From Podarcis pityusensis (lineage: Eukaryota), in the NCBI GenBank assembly GCA_964106645.2, contig OZ067039.1: a stretch of 64,000 bases of DNA, one strand, 5' to 3'. This document shows positions 13,594 to 25,500 of the stretch, in pieces. Made by a program: the position numbers and the translations under genes. The notes under the pieces are model-generated. The model searched no databases. It saw only the letters and a program-made list of their open reading frames with translations, and was not told the origin of the DNA. Within the stretch, counting starts at the first letter, position 1. Each line of letters starts with the position of its first letter.

Positions 13594-16500
13594 TATACCC
13601 CGCCCATCTGGCTGGGTTTCCCCAGCCACTCTGGGTGGCTTCCAACAAAACACTAAAATACAATAACCTATTAAACATTAAAAGCTTCCCTAAACAGGGC
13701 TGCCTTCAGATGTCTTCTAAAAGTTTGGTAGTTATTTTTCTCTTTGACATCTGGTGGGAGGGCATTCCACAGGGCGGGTGCCACTACCGAGAAGACCCTC
13801 TGCCTGGTTCTCTGTAACTTGGCTTCTCACAGTGAGGGAACCACCAGAAGGCCCTCGGTGCTGGACCTCAGTGTCCGGGCAAAACGATGGAGGTGGAGAT
13901 GCTCCTTCAGGTATACTGGACCAAGGCCATTTAGGGCTTTAAAGGTCAGCACCAACACTTTGAATTGTGCTCGGAAACGTACTGGGATATTAATCTGTGA
14001 GCCTAACAGTTATTTTTTTTTAAAAAAAACAACAAAACCTTCTTGATTGAGTCTTAGCTACTTCCAAAGATGCTGAAACAGTCACTAGTGGTAATGAAGA
14101 TAAATTATTTTATTAGTTATTAACTGTAGGACAAAATCTCTTTTAACAAGAACTCTGTTTGTTTTGCATATTAAGTTTTTGGAATTTAAAATGCTCCTAG
14201 TGTGTGTTAGGCTAAGGGTGTACAGACTCTGGCGCCGTTTCCTGACCCAATTGAATGGCCACTGAGCAATGGAATTTTTCCCTAGGCATTTGGATTGTGT
14301 GCTGGTTTTGATCTGGATCTGATGCAAGGGCTCCAGGTGTCTGGGTGCTGCTGCTTGCATTGCACCTTTACATTTAACAATCTCAGTGTGATGTTTTCCG
14401 TAGCATGCTCTTGCTCTTGTATGAGTTGTGCAATACACCGGTCTAGTTCAGACATAATGCTACACCATAGCAATTAAGCACAGCTTTCCAGATTGTCCAA
14501 ACAAAGACATTCTGTGGTTAATCTTAAATGTAGTTAGCAAAAGGAAGCCAGCTTCAGGGCATAGTTTAGCTTCCTGGTCTGAGGGCAAATCATGTACCAC
14601 CTTGCTGAAGCTAAGCAAGTCCAGCTCTGGTCAGTGCCTGGCTGGGTGATCACTTCAGAGCCACATGTACACTGGCTTGGGTTCCATGATGAAAGAAAGG
14701 TAGGCTGTAAATGTAGAAAAATAAACAAACATAATGAATAGTTTATGAAGCTGGTTTGTTTTTACCTGCCATGGTGAAGACAGAGCACAGTTTTAGGGTT
14801 CAGTATTAAATGCTAAACCACAATTAATCTAAAGGGAAAGTGGAATCTGCTGATCTAGTTGTGGCTGTGTGAGAGGAGAGAGAATGAATGAGTGAACAAG
14901 CCTGTGGCAGCGGGAGGGCTAGGTCCCTTCTCCTAACAGGAAACCATTTTTGCCTTCAACATGACTTCTTTTCCTGCTTCCTGCCATGTTGAGGTGGCAA
15001 CACTAGAAATTGCAGCCTAAATATGCTTGGGACCTTCCAGGACAGCAGGAGGGAGGGTGCAATGGCTGTAGGAGAAAAGGGAAATTTGTGAACATCGCTC
15101 CTGTTCATTGAAGCCTTCAGTGGATCAAAGAGCCTTCTGTGAATGGAAGTACGCCATACAAAATAGCCCTAAATGTTTTAAATATAATGATCATTGCTAG
15201 TCTAAACATCAGTCAGGGACTATCTAGGGTGTGAGACACAGTCCAAATCAGAGACTCGGAACCAAACCCTGTTCTTTACCTTGGGGTACATTCTTCCCAT
15301 ATACACACATACACTTCTGACTTGCCCTATAGGTGTTGGGCCAAGCTACGCAGTTTTAGTTCACACGGTTATTGTATTAACACAATTAATGATAGATCCA
15401 TTGCTGCTAATTTAGATGTCACTTGTGGACAAAATTCTGGCCAAAAACATACTGCTGTCTGAGGCAAGGGGCAAGATGGTGCTGCCTCCCATATTCCTCA
15501 CACAAAAACCAAATGGATTGCTTTGGAGAAATCCCGGTGGGCGTCTTAAGCAATACTGAAGTAATGGTTTGAGATATATAAAGCTATAACACACAAACCT
15601 TTGAAAGCATTAAAAAGCTGCTTGCTTTTCAAGGTAGTCCAGGAACAAGCATGTTCATTTTAATGATACTTTAAATACTTCAAAATGAGATCACTTGGAG
15701 GAAAAGCTTATTGTGCCCTCTTTCAATACCAGATAGAAAAGTATTCCTCAGGGAATGGAAAAGGTCCACTGCTGGTGGTCCCTGGAGGTTCGTTTTGTGG
15801 TTACACATGGGGCTTTTTACACCTCCCTTCCATGAGTGTGCTTTCTTTAAAACTAGTGCAATTAAAGCATCTTAAATTGTTAAAGTGCTCAACAAATCAG
15901 CTGAGAATGTGCATCCTATTATGGCTCACTGTATACTAAATAATCCAGAGGCAGTTTCCTGAGAGAGTCCAGTGGTGCTGGTTGTCTCTGCTATATACCA
16001 ACTATAATCTTCCCTTCAGTCTTTCCATGACAGACTTGTTTATGACAATAGTGTTCACAGAAGTCTAATTTCATCTGCATGATAGGCATAACGGAAGGGA
16101 ATCCTGATTTAACTACAGCTTTGCTGGGATTTCAAATGTAGGCACAGGGCTCAGTTTGGGTCACTGAGGTGATTCTGCTTTATCAGTGGTGGAGAACCTG
16201 TGGTGCTTCAGGTTTTGCTGGACTCCTCCCATCATCCCTGACCATCGGTCCTGTTGGCTGGGGCTGATGGAAGGCGAGAGTCCAGAAACATCTGCCCTGC
16301 TGCAGGTTCCTCATCTCCGTATTATGCTTTGGTCCAGATAAAGGAACGGGAATTCCCTTTAATTCAACTTTGGAAACTCTTAAGTGTTCCTTTGATGTAT
16401 TTTTCTTCTTCCATTCTCCAGGTAACCCTAAAGGTGCTATGCTGACTCATGGGAATGTGGTTGCTGATTTTTCAGGTTTTTTGAAAGTGACAGAGGTGAA

Positions 16501-19500
16501 TATTCTATCTATTTATGTTGCAAAAAAATTTCAGCAGAATGTATAACATGCGGTGAATCGGTTACTTTGATGTGGAAACAGCTACCGGATGTGAAACTGT
16601 CTTTTTGAGAGGTCCTCCTTGCCTTGGTGCATCTGGTGATACTTTTTCAAACAGAGCTGGGTTGAGTGTTTTTTTTGCAGGATGCTGAAATCTCCAGATC
16701 CATCAAAATAATTCAAGTATCAGTTAAGATACTAGCCTACAATGATCAGTGAGTCTTTTTCTGCCTAGAAAAGGTTTCAGAATTTTGTTCAAGTCTTTAA
16801 ACACTTTTGTATGAGGATAACATCCCAACTTGAGGATAAAGTTAGAAATATTTTGGAAAGAGGGAAGCAAATCAGGGCTGGAGCAGTGTGTCCTCAGCTT
16901 CAAAATGAGATAGCAGTCCGTGTTACCTAAAATGGGTCACAGAACTTTGAACGCTTCTTCTCCTTGTGCTCTGGAAGAATTGCCAATAGGAATGTCCTTT
17001 CCCATCATTCTCTGTCTGTCTCTCTCTCTCTCTCTGTACTCCAGATTGGAGTATATACCATAAATGTGTTTCCTACAGTAAAGCTTCATCTGCATTGCTG
17101 AAAAACCTCAGTCTCGTGCAGTGCCTTATTAGATACACTGATAGTCCTTCCCATTGTATTTACCAACTCTTCTAACTGGTTGACTTTTGCTTTCTTAAAG
17201 CATGGGTCCTACAATTAATGCAGTAGCAGGAAGCATGGTGGGGCTGTGCCACTCATCTGACCTCCCTCCAACTGAATCACTACTGCATACCATGATGATG
17301 AGGGTCAGTGGCAAGGCAGTACAGTGCAAATGCACCAGCAGGAGCACTCTATTAGTTCTGCAGGCACGTTAGCACTGTGCTGACCTTAATGGCATCTTGC
17401 TCCTTCTCCTCTCCATCCTGGTATGCAGCAGCGACTCAGTCAGAGGAACTTCAGCTGAGTGGCAGAGGCCTACCACGCTGTCAGCTTCTGTATTTATGTA
17501 AGTCATAATTCATCGGGGCTTACATGGATATAATCTCCTGTAAGACTGTGAGAAGTTGTCACTGTAATATGAGAAGGAAATATAATTGTAAAATGTAGCC
17601 ACAGGTGATTCCTTCTGTGCATTGCTCTTCTTAGTTTGAATGTGAAATAATGTAATGTCTTTGTAGGTTAAATGAGAACCTAGAATCAATGATGGGTTGT
17701 AAAAATAGGATCAATTTATCCTACATCAAAGCATTGTTACATCAAAGGATTTGTCCAGCCTTAGCAAGAATGTGTTGGACTGTTCATGAAAGTTTAGTAC
17801 AATCGAGGAACATGTGCCATCAGTCTCTCTGTTCCTGGATGAATGCATCCAGAAGAAAGTTACTTTATATAGTCCTGTTCTTAGACTCATTAAGCAGGAT
17901 TAGAAACACCACTCCACATTTTAGATGTGTGATTTATGATCACTGTCATTTCAGTTAGTTTGCCATGATTTCCATAGCCAAAATAAATAAATAGTAGCTT
18001 AAAGGTTGGTAGCTTAATTCTTTTTGCCATTCGTGAGCATGTTTAGTGTTATGGGCTGGGCTTACAATTCTGTAGCAGTTTAATTCCACGTTAATTACGC
18101 TTCAAGTGTCCTTATGGATAATGTGGATCAAACTCACTTTCCTTTTAAAAAAAATTGAACAAAAGAGAGGAAGATAAAAAGATAGCCTCTTCCACTGAGA
18201 AAACATTGTGATCATGGTAGCAAAAACCTGCTGGGTATTAACTAATGTTACATTGTCATTTAAAGTTGATATCCAAGTGCCGATTTAAGCCATAGCAGGC
18301 GTCTAATACTTTAAGTCTGCAAGATTAGTTCATAAGGTTGCCTTCTTTTTCTCTCCCTAGTAGGATTTCTGTGCCAAGCTGCCTGGTAGGAAAAATCTAA
18401 TCTATTAAATTTTGGTTATCAAATCGCCTTTGTATCCCCGCAAAGTGTCACCTGCTACATTTCTATTGAAGAACATAGGAAGCTGTCTTATAAAATGAGT
18501 CCGACCATTGGTCTGTCTGTCTCAGTATCTAACACTGACTGGCAGCAGCTCTCCAGAATTTCAAACAGGAATCTTTTCCAGCCCTACCTGGAAATACCAG
18601 GGATTGGAACTGGAACTTTTTGCAAGCAAAGCACATAGGTTCTAGCACCGAGCCACAGTCCTGCTTACCAGGTAGCTTATTAGTGGCAAAAGAATCCTGC
18701 CAGGGAGAGGTGAGGATCCTGTCAACCTTATGATCCAATCTTCTGGTCTTGAGCTGTACTAATGCTCAAATGGGTATTTGGAAATAAAGTTTAAATCATT
18801 TGCCATACAAGGTGTGCAAAAAAGATCTGCTGTAGCCGAGTGGTGCAGGACACACTTTGCATGCAAAAGGTCCTCGGTTCAGTCCCCAGCATCTGCCCTC
18901 AGGGCTGTGGAGGACTTCTGCCTGACAGTCTGGAAATCTGCATCCAGTCAGTGCAGAGCAATAGACTGTGGCTTCCCATGCTCCCAATTCAGGTGAATGT
19001 TGGCACTCGGCTTTGTTGTTTAGCAACCGGACACCTTTGCAGGAAACCTCTTAGGAGAAAAGAGCTATGCCTTACCTTGGAATATCACAGGGCAACAGAA
19101 GTGTCAAGGACAGAGGACATTGGTCGAAGGGCATGCTCGCCACCCAGCTCTCCGCACATGCTCTGCGCAGCGGAGAGCGCTCTCTGCATACGTCCCTGTG
19201 TTCTTCATCACTCCTGCTAACATAGTTCCATTGGTGTTGTGGCCTAACGCATTACTTCAAACACTGTTCTCTTTTTTCTCGCTTAATAATCTTTACCCCT
19301 TTTGCTCCTCTTGGTGCCATTTTTCTTTTTTATTGTTTTATGACTTTCTTGTTGTGTCTTCCTGTCAGTGTTTCTTTCCTTTCTGTCTCCCATGCCCTTC
19401 ATCTGCAGAAAGTGATCTTTCCGAGACAGGACGATGTGCTCATCTCCTTCCTGCCTTTGGCTCACATGTTTGAAAGAGTGATCCAGGTAAGAAACCTGTC

Positions 19501-22500
19501 TAGACTGACCCGGGCCTTGCGGGGCTCCTTGTTTTTGTTTTTTTTCCAGAGTCAGTGGTCTCCTACATTTGAGGATGCACACATTTCCTATTTGCCTTTA
19601 GCACACATGTTTGAGAGAATGGTACAGGTAAGGTCTTAGTGTCAGTGGAAGTCCACTAATTCCCCTTGATCAATGAGTCTGCTAATGGTCACATTTGTAT
19701 GCCACACTAAACTGTAGTTTAGCATGATGCGCATAAGCTGCACAGAGCTGCAGTGTCAGGCTTACACACTCCTCCTCCTCTGCATGTCTGAGAAAAGGAG
19801 TGATTTCAACATGGTCAGTTTCCACAAGCCCAGTTCAAAGCATAGTTTCTGAAGCTGTATTGTTTAAACTAACCGCGGTTAACATTAAGAACAGCTCTAG
19901 GTTTAGGCAACATGGGAAACAGCGCGTAACCAAAAGTGAAGGCTTTTGAACTCCTTCTCATGGCTGCATGGAAGTAAGAGAGTGGAGGAGAGGGAAGAGC
20001 CTGAGGAAGGCATAGGCAAACTCGGCCCTCCAGATGTTCTGGGACTACAACTCCCATCATTCCTAGCTAAAAGGGCCAATGGTCAGGGATGATGGGAGTT
20101 GTAGTCCCAAAACATCTGGAGGGCTGAGTTTGCCTGTGTCTGGCCTGAGGCTTAATGCTGCCTGTGCACATCCATGGTTTAGTCATGGTTTGGGTTTTAC
20201 CGTGGATTCAGTGGCTGCAATGTGGTTTGCGACTACGGCCTGTCTACTGTAAAAGTAAAAACACTTACACTCCAGAAATGCCATGGGCTATTTGACAGGG
20301 GGAATTTTCAAGCCCCAGTTCTTTGCCACCTCCCCACCCCAGACTATGTCTCCCAACTTCCAGCTGCTGCAGAGCCTGTCTGCCGCAGCATAACGGGATT
20401 CTGACTGCTCCAAAACTAGTGTTGAAATTTCTAGTGGACTTATACATGACTGAATGAGCATTCTTTTATTCCACTGACTTAAAGCTGGGTCTGAAGAAGA
20501 CTGTTCCCAACAGAGCCTGAATCACAGCACCAAGTGTGGTTTTCCTTTAGCAAGGAAACAAATCTCAACAAATAAAGGTCTCTTTTGAAGAAACTTTTAT
20601 ATAAATTTGAGATTTATCCAGTTACCATGCAAAAGAACGGAAAGGCCCAGAGGTTAAATAATAACAACATACTATTTTCTGAGAGAGGCTAGACATTGCA
20701 CAACTCTTGATAACAGATTTGGGGGTGGGGAGGAGAAAAATGCCTCCCTATCCCGTTCTGCTGAGATATTCCTTCTGTCAATGGACAGGCAGCATTGAGT
20801 ACTCCCCTACAGAAATTAACAACCGGAGAGGCAGTTTTCACAAGCACCATAATGATAGTAGCTGCTGCCAGTTCATAAATCATCTGGTTCACAGATTACA
20901 TTGTCTATGCTAACATATACTGGGAAAAGTACAAGACCCTTTGCATGTAGGTGTCCTGGCTCCCACCCAACACACAGAAACCCTAATGTGTGAGTAAGAA
21001 GAGATGCGTATTCAGGCAAGTAATGGTACAAGGTCAGCAGAAGACAAAGAGTTCAGGAATCAGGGAATACTTTCAGAACTGGATGGAAGCAACAAAGATG
21101 TCCCAACAGGTTTCATGCCCCACCCACTAACCTTTTAAAGGCATGGCATGCTCACTCACAAGAGTCACTCACTTTGTAGGAATGTCAGAATTGCAACCAC
21201 GTGCTCCTTCAGGGTGGGTGGGTCTGCTCCCTTCTGCGAAGGTGGCAGCTGCTTCTAGGCAACAATACTGCACCCTAGGCTCCAGATTCCCTGTCTAGCA
21301 ACGCCTGATCTCACCATTCAGGTCTCCTTTCAGTTTCCTCCTCCGATGTTGGGGCCCGCCAATCCAAACCCGATCCCAATCACACAGCTGAGATCTTAAC
21401 ATTATGACCAAATGACCCATACTAAATGACCCAGATCAAGGAGAGCTATTCATAAACATCCATATAATGCTTAAGAAAGCATTGTTTAAATGAGCAGGAA
21501 GAATAGTCACTATTTATGTGATTAAACTAAAATTTATTTTTTTCTGCCTTTCCCATCACAGTCTGTAGTGTATTGCCATGGCGGGCGAATTGGGTTCTTC
21601 CAAGGGGACATTCGCCTACTGTCTGATGATATGAAAGCACTGCGTCCCACCATATTTCCTGTTGTGCCAAGACTGCTGAACAGGATGTATGACAAGGTAA
21701 GCCTAACATATGTTTTAGGGATTAAAACAATCAGTGATGGTCTACAGTCTACAGTGATGGTCTACCCAATGAAGTGGACCTACTGAATACTTCTTTTTTG
21801 CATCTTGAATTCTTTGGCTGCTTTGTTTTCCACTTTGCTGTAAACCAGCAGTAACAAACTTTCTCAGAGTTATCACATTTGAAAAGTGAAATGAACTCCC
21901 AAGTTATACCTAGTTTTGTGCATTGCTGTTTATTACATGTAGTCAGTATAACTTGCACATCTTCAGTATGAGTCTCCCTTCTGTCTGATGTTGTAGCTTA
22001 GCAGATAGGATACTGACCAGAAGAAACTTGTGCCTCTAGTTCCACCACCTATGCTTTTCTATGCCTAAAGATTATTATTGCTAGCAGGATGCCCAGAAGG
22101 TGAGCTTTGACTTGTGAAGGCATGGTCTGTTAATCAAAGCTGTTTCGCTTACTAAATTAATGTATTGGTTCACACAACAGAAAGTCTTAAAGTGATTTCA
22201 AGAAAAGCAAAGCACAAAATTACATTATAAAAATATTCATACAAACGATGCAGCACCCAGTCTGCTTTATCAGAGAAGCTCCCTTTCCAACGACTTGCAA
22301 AAAGCAAGTGTTAAGGTGTCATGTGCAATGTTATCAGGGCTGTTTGTGAGCGGGGAATTAGCATCCCAGTCATACTTAAAAACCTTTCTCCTGAGCAGCC
22401 TCAAGTTTCTAAATGCAAGCCTCCTCACTACTGGGACATGGGAAGTTTCTGACAGGGAGCCACTGTAGACTCTTTCCAGCACTCTGTTTGTGCCTTGTTT

Positions 22501-25500
22501 GTAGGCAGGGAATGTGTACTAGGGCAAGGTGATGTCATCAATACGTTCCCAGCTGTCACCATGGACTGATTGGTGCTTTACATGCATGGGGTGCTGCTAA
22601 GCTGTGAAAGATACACAACAGCAAATTTTCCAGAGATGCTTCAGGAGTGTCTGTTAAGAGTTGACCTACTTTCTTTTTTCTAATGATGTTATGACTGCAC
22701 AATGCTTGATTTACCCATCATACCCGGGAAACTATGAATGTGATACACATTTATTATTGGTACCCAGTTCTTGTCTAGGTTTTCTGTATCCACCCCCCTA
22801 GATACAAAACAGACTTCTAGATACAATTTATATATTTTTTGTTTGGAAATTGATTCAACGTTCTTTATTTTTCTTTAATGAAATCTGATGTGGAAGGCAA
22901 GCATGTGTACATCATATTGCAACATTTGCCAGTAAAATACTTCGGGGTGGTGGTGGTGGGGCTGACTTCTGGTGAAATCTCGTCTATCTGGATAGACAAT
23001 AGAGAAGGGTGTCTGGTAGAAACCAGCCAATGATAACATTTATATTTATTGCTCTGCCCACTTCCACCTGTGGCCCCACCCAATCCTGGAATGTGGCCCT
23101 CAGCAAGGACTGTGTCCCGTGGGCTGCCGAAGCCTGTACATTTCTTTGCTTTTTCACATCTTTGCTGTGTACCAGCATTGTATACCTGAGAATGGATTTG
23201 CAAGCAGGAAAAGGAGCTTGTGAATCAACATACTTGAAGTTGTAACGGCAACGTGAAAGAAGTCTGACTTCCACTCCCTAACATTTTTGCATGTGAGGCT
23301 GTTTATAAAATGATTTCTGATGAATCTTAGGTTGGTTTGACATGGAGATTTGCCATAATTGCCACTTCATAAAACATTAATAAAAATAACAGCCAGCCAC
23401 AATTAGCTCATTAACAGACTGGGAACTGCTCTGCAGCAGCCAGATGTTTCTATTCTGTTGTTACAATATCCCCAATAATTCTATATAGCTGTGCCAAGCT
23501 AATTTCACAATGGAAGCCCTTGGGATACCTTAATCTCTATACATACTTTTCAGTGATTTTGTTTTCCCTTAGAAGAGAACAGAAAGCATAATTCAGAGTG
23601 AATTGCAGCAGAAGAGCTTTATTGTTAACTTTTAGCAGTGGTATAGTTATGATTAATTCAAACAATTAATTATACTGCTGGCATCTGTGGAGCCCTGTCT
23701 GCTTATGCCAGTGATAAATTTGGTCCCGCTTCTCTTTTAAGCTGTGCAATCTTTTCTCTCTCCCCACGCCCTGCCATTCTGCATTCTCTTAGATCTTCAG
23801 TCAAGCAGACACCCCACTGAAACGCTGGCTTCTGGAATTTGCTGCCAAGCGTAAAAAGGCAGAAGTTCAAAGTGGAATAATCAGAAATGACAGCCTGTGG
23901 GATAGACTATTCTTTAATAAAATACAGGTAAGGATCTGGAAAAAATGGGCACTTGTGCAAGGAACCCTTTACGAAAATGAAATTGTACATGAAACTAGAA
24001 AAATTACTAATGGGGGGGGGAGGGGACAACCTTTCCCAGGGAGCCTTCTTGCCCTGTAAAGGATTGGGTTTTGGCCCCAGCAGCAATTTTTATGGGTTAG
24101 GCCTTTGAATGGCATTGTTATTCAAATGAATGGAGACAAGCCTTGGCCTGAGTGGGTCCCAGTCACTGAATGGGTGTTTGCCCCCTAGGAACAGTTTTAC
24201 TGTCCTTCAAAGGAGCAGTAAACCAGGAAGTCTCTTTCAGTCTGGATTTTAATCAAAACTGGAGAATCTGGATGCTCCCTGACTTAATTTTCAGGCATGA
24301 GCCACGGCACTGCCCTGTCTTTGCAACAGACAGAAGCAACTTGTTTAAGAGTCAACTAATCTTTCACTCTCTTATAGGCCGTTTAGTTTTATGCAAGTTC
24401 ACAAGTACCTAAACTGTGAAAATCACAGGAAATGTTGCTATCAAAGTGACTAATTCAGGATTGCTGGAGTAAACAAAGAGACCCCAAATAGGCGCCATTC
24501 TTCTTATAGAATCCCGATCCTCTTACTGTGAAAATTCGCAGACCAAAAGTGAAATTTAATGTAGCTTTAAGGAGATTGTTCATCAGTGCAAAGATTTCTG
24601 CTTACCTGATAGAACAATCTCATTCCTGCTCCCCTGTGTGCTGTTCTGGGGTTACTTTCAACCCCCCAGAGCACATCTGGGAGCAAGGCATGAGGCAAGA
24701 AATGAAGCCATTACTAGAAACACAAAAGGAAAGCTTGGACCAGTAAGAAGTAAGATCATATTCAGAGTCTATCAGAAGGTCTCAAATACATTAGAGTTTT
24801 ACTCAACAGTACTTGCTTCAACCAATTGTGTGCTCCTCCAAAAAAATGGTAATGATAAAAAATTAAAAGCGAGACACTAAAATACAAGGTTGTAGCTAGC
24901 TATGGCTTTGCAGTAGTAGAAAATGCTTATGATTGTGTATGGTGGGGCATCCAATTTTCACCCATTGTTCCTCCCTGCTGCACCTCTGTACCTTATCCCA
25001 TGCTTTTTGGAACAGCTTTGTAGGGACTGCAGTGGGTAGGGAAGGAATCCATGAAAATTGGATGTCATGGTTTGCATGAGGATACACTTTCTGCTAGTGC
25101 AAAACCATCACTGGATACAGACAATCCAGTTTTATTTGACATGAAAACAGAATACTCTACAGCCCATATTATGCATTCAGAACTACGCTCCCTCCCCACC
25201 CCATATAACATCATTCACCTAGGTTGAGGTGTGTGTGTGTTATGTGTGGCGAGGTCAGGAATGTAGCTGTTTGTGTGGCGAGGCCCTGGGCCCCGCAGTT
25301 CCATTAGATAATAAACACACGGACACAAATGTTTAGGTTAATGGGATAAAACAGGCCACAACTTTATTGGTTACAGATGTGAGCAGCTTGGCTTAGGCAT
25401 TGGGTGAAACCGGACTATATCCTGACTCCTGCACATCTGCAGGGAGTCTCATAAGGGTAAACCACTGGTAGGGGGAGCCCTATGATATACATCGATTAAG

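Noticed and set aside
13396-14046. Overlapping ORFs with poly-N and poly-Y runs
   Set aside because: Produced by the (TAT)n tail and body of an L2 fragment.
14605-14660. 5S rRNA gene
   Set aside because: Partial and diverged, lacks the 5S 5' end, and continues into a SINE-like tail.
16419-16427. CAG|GTAACC acceptor resembling a recursive splice site
   Set aside because: The bases are dictated by the conserved G-N-P codons, and the intron is only 4 kb.
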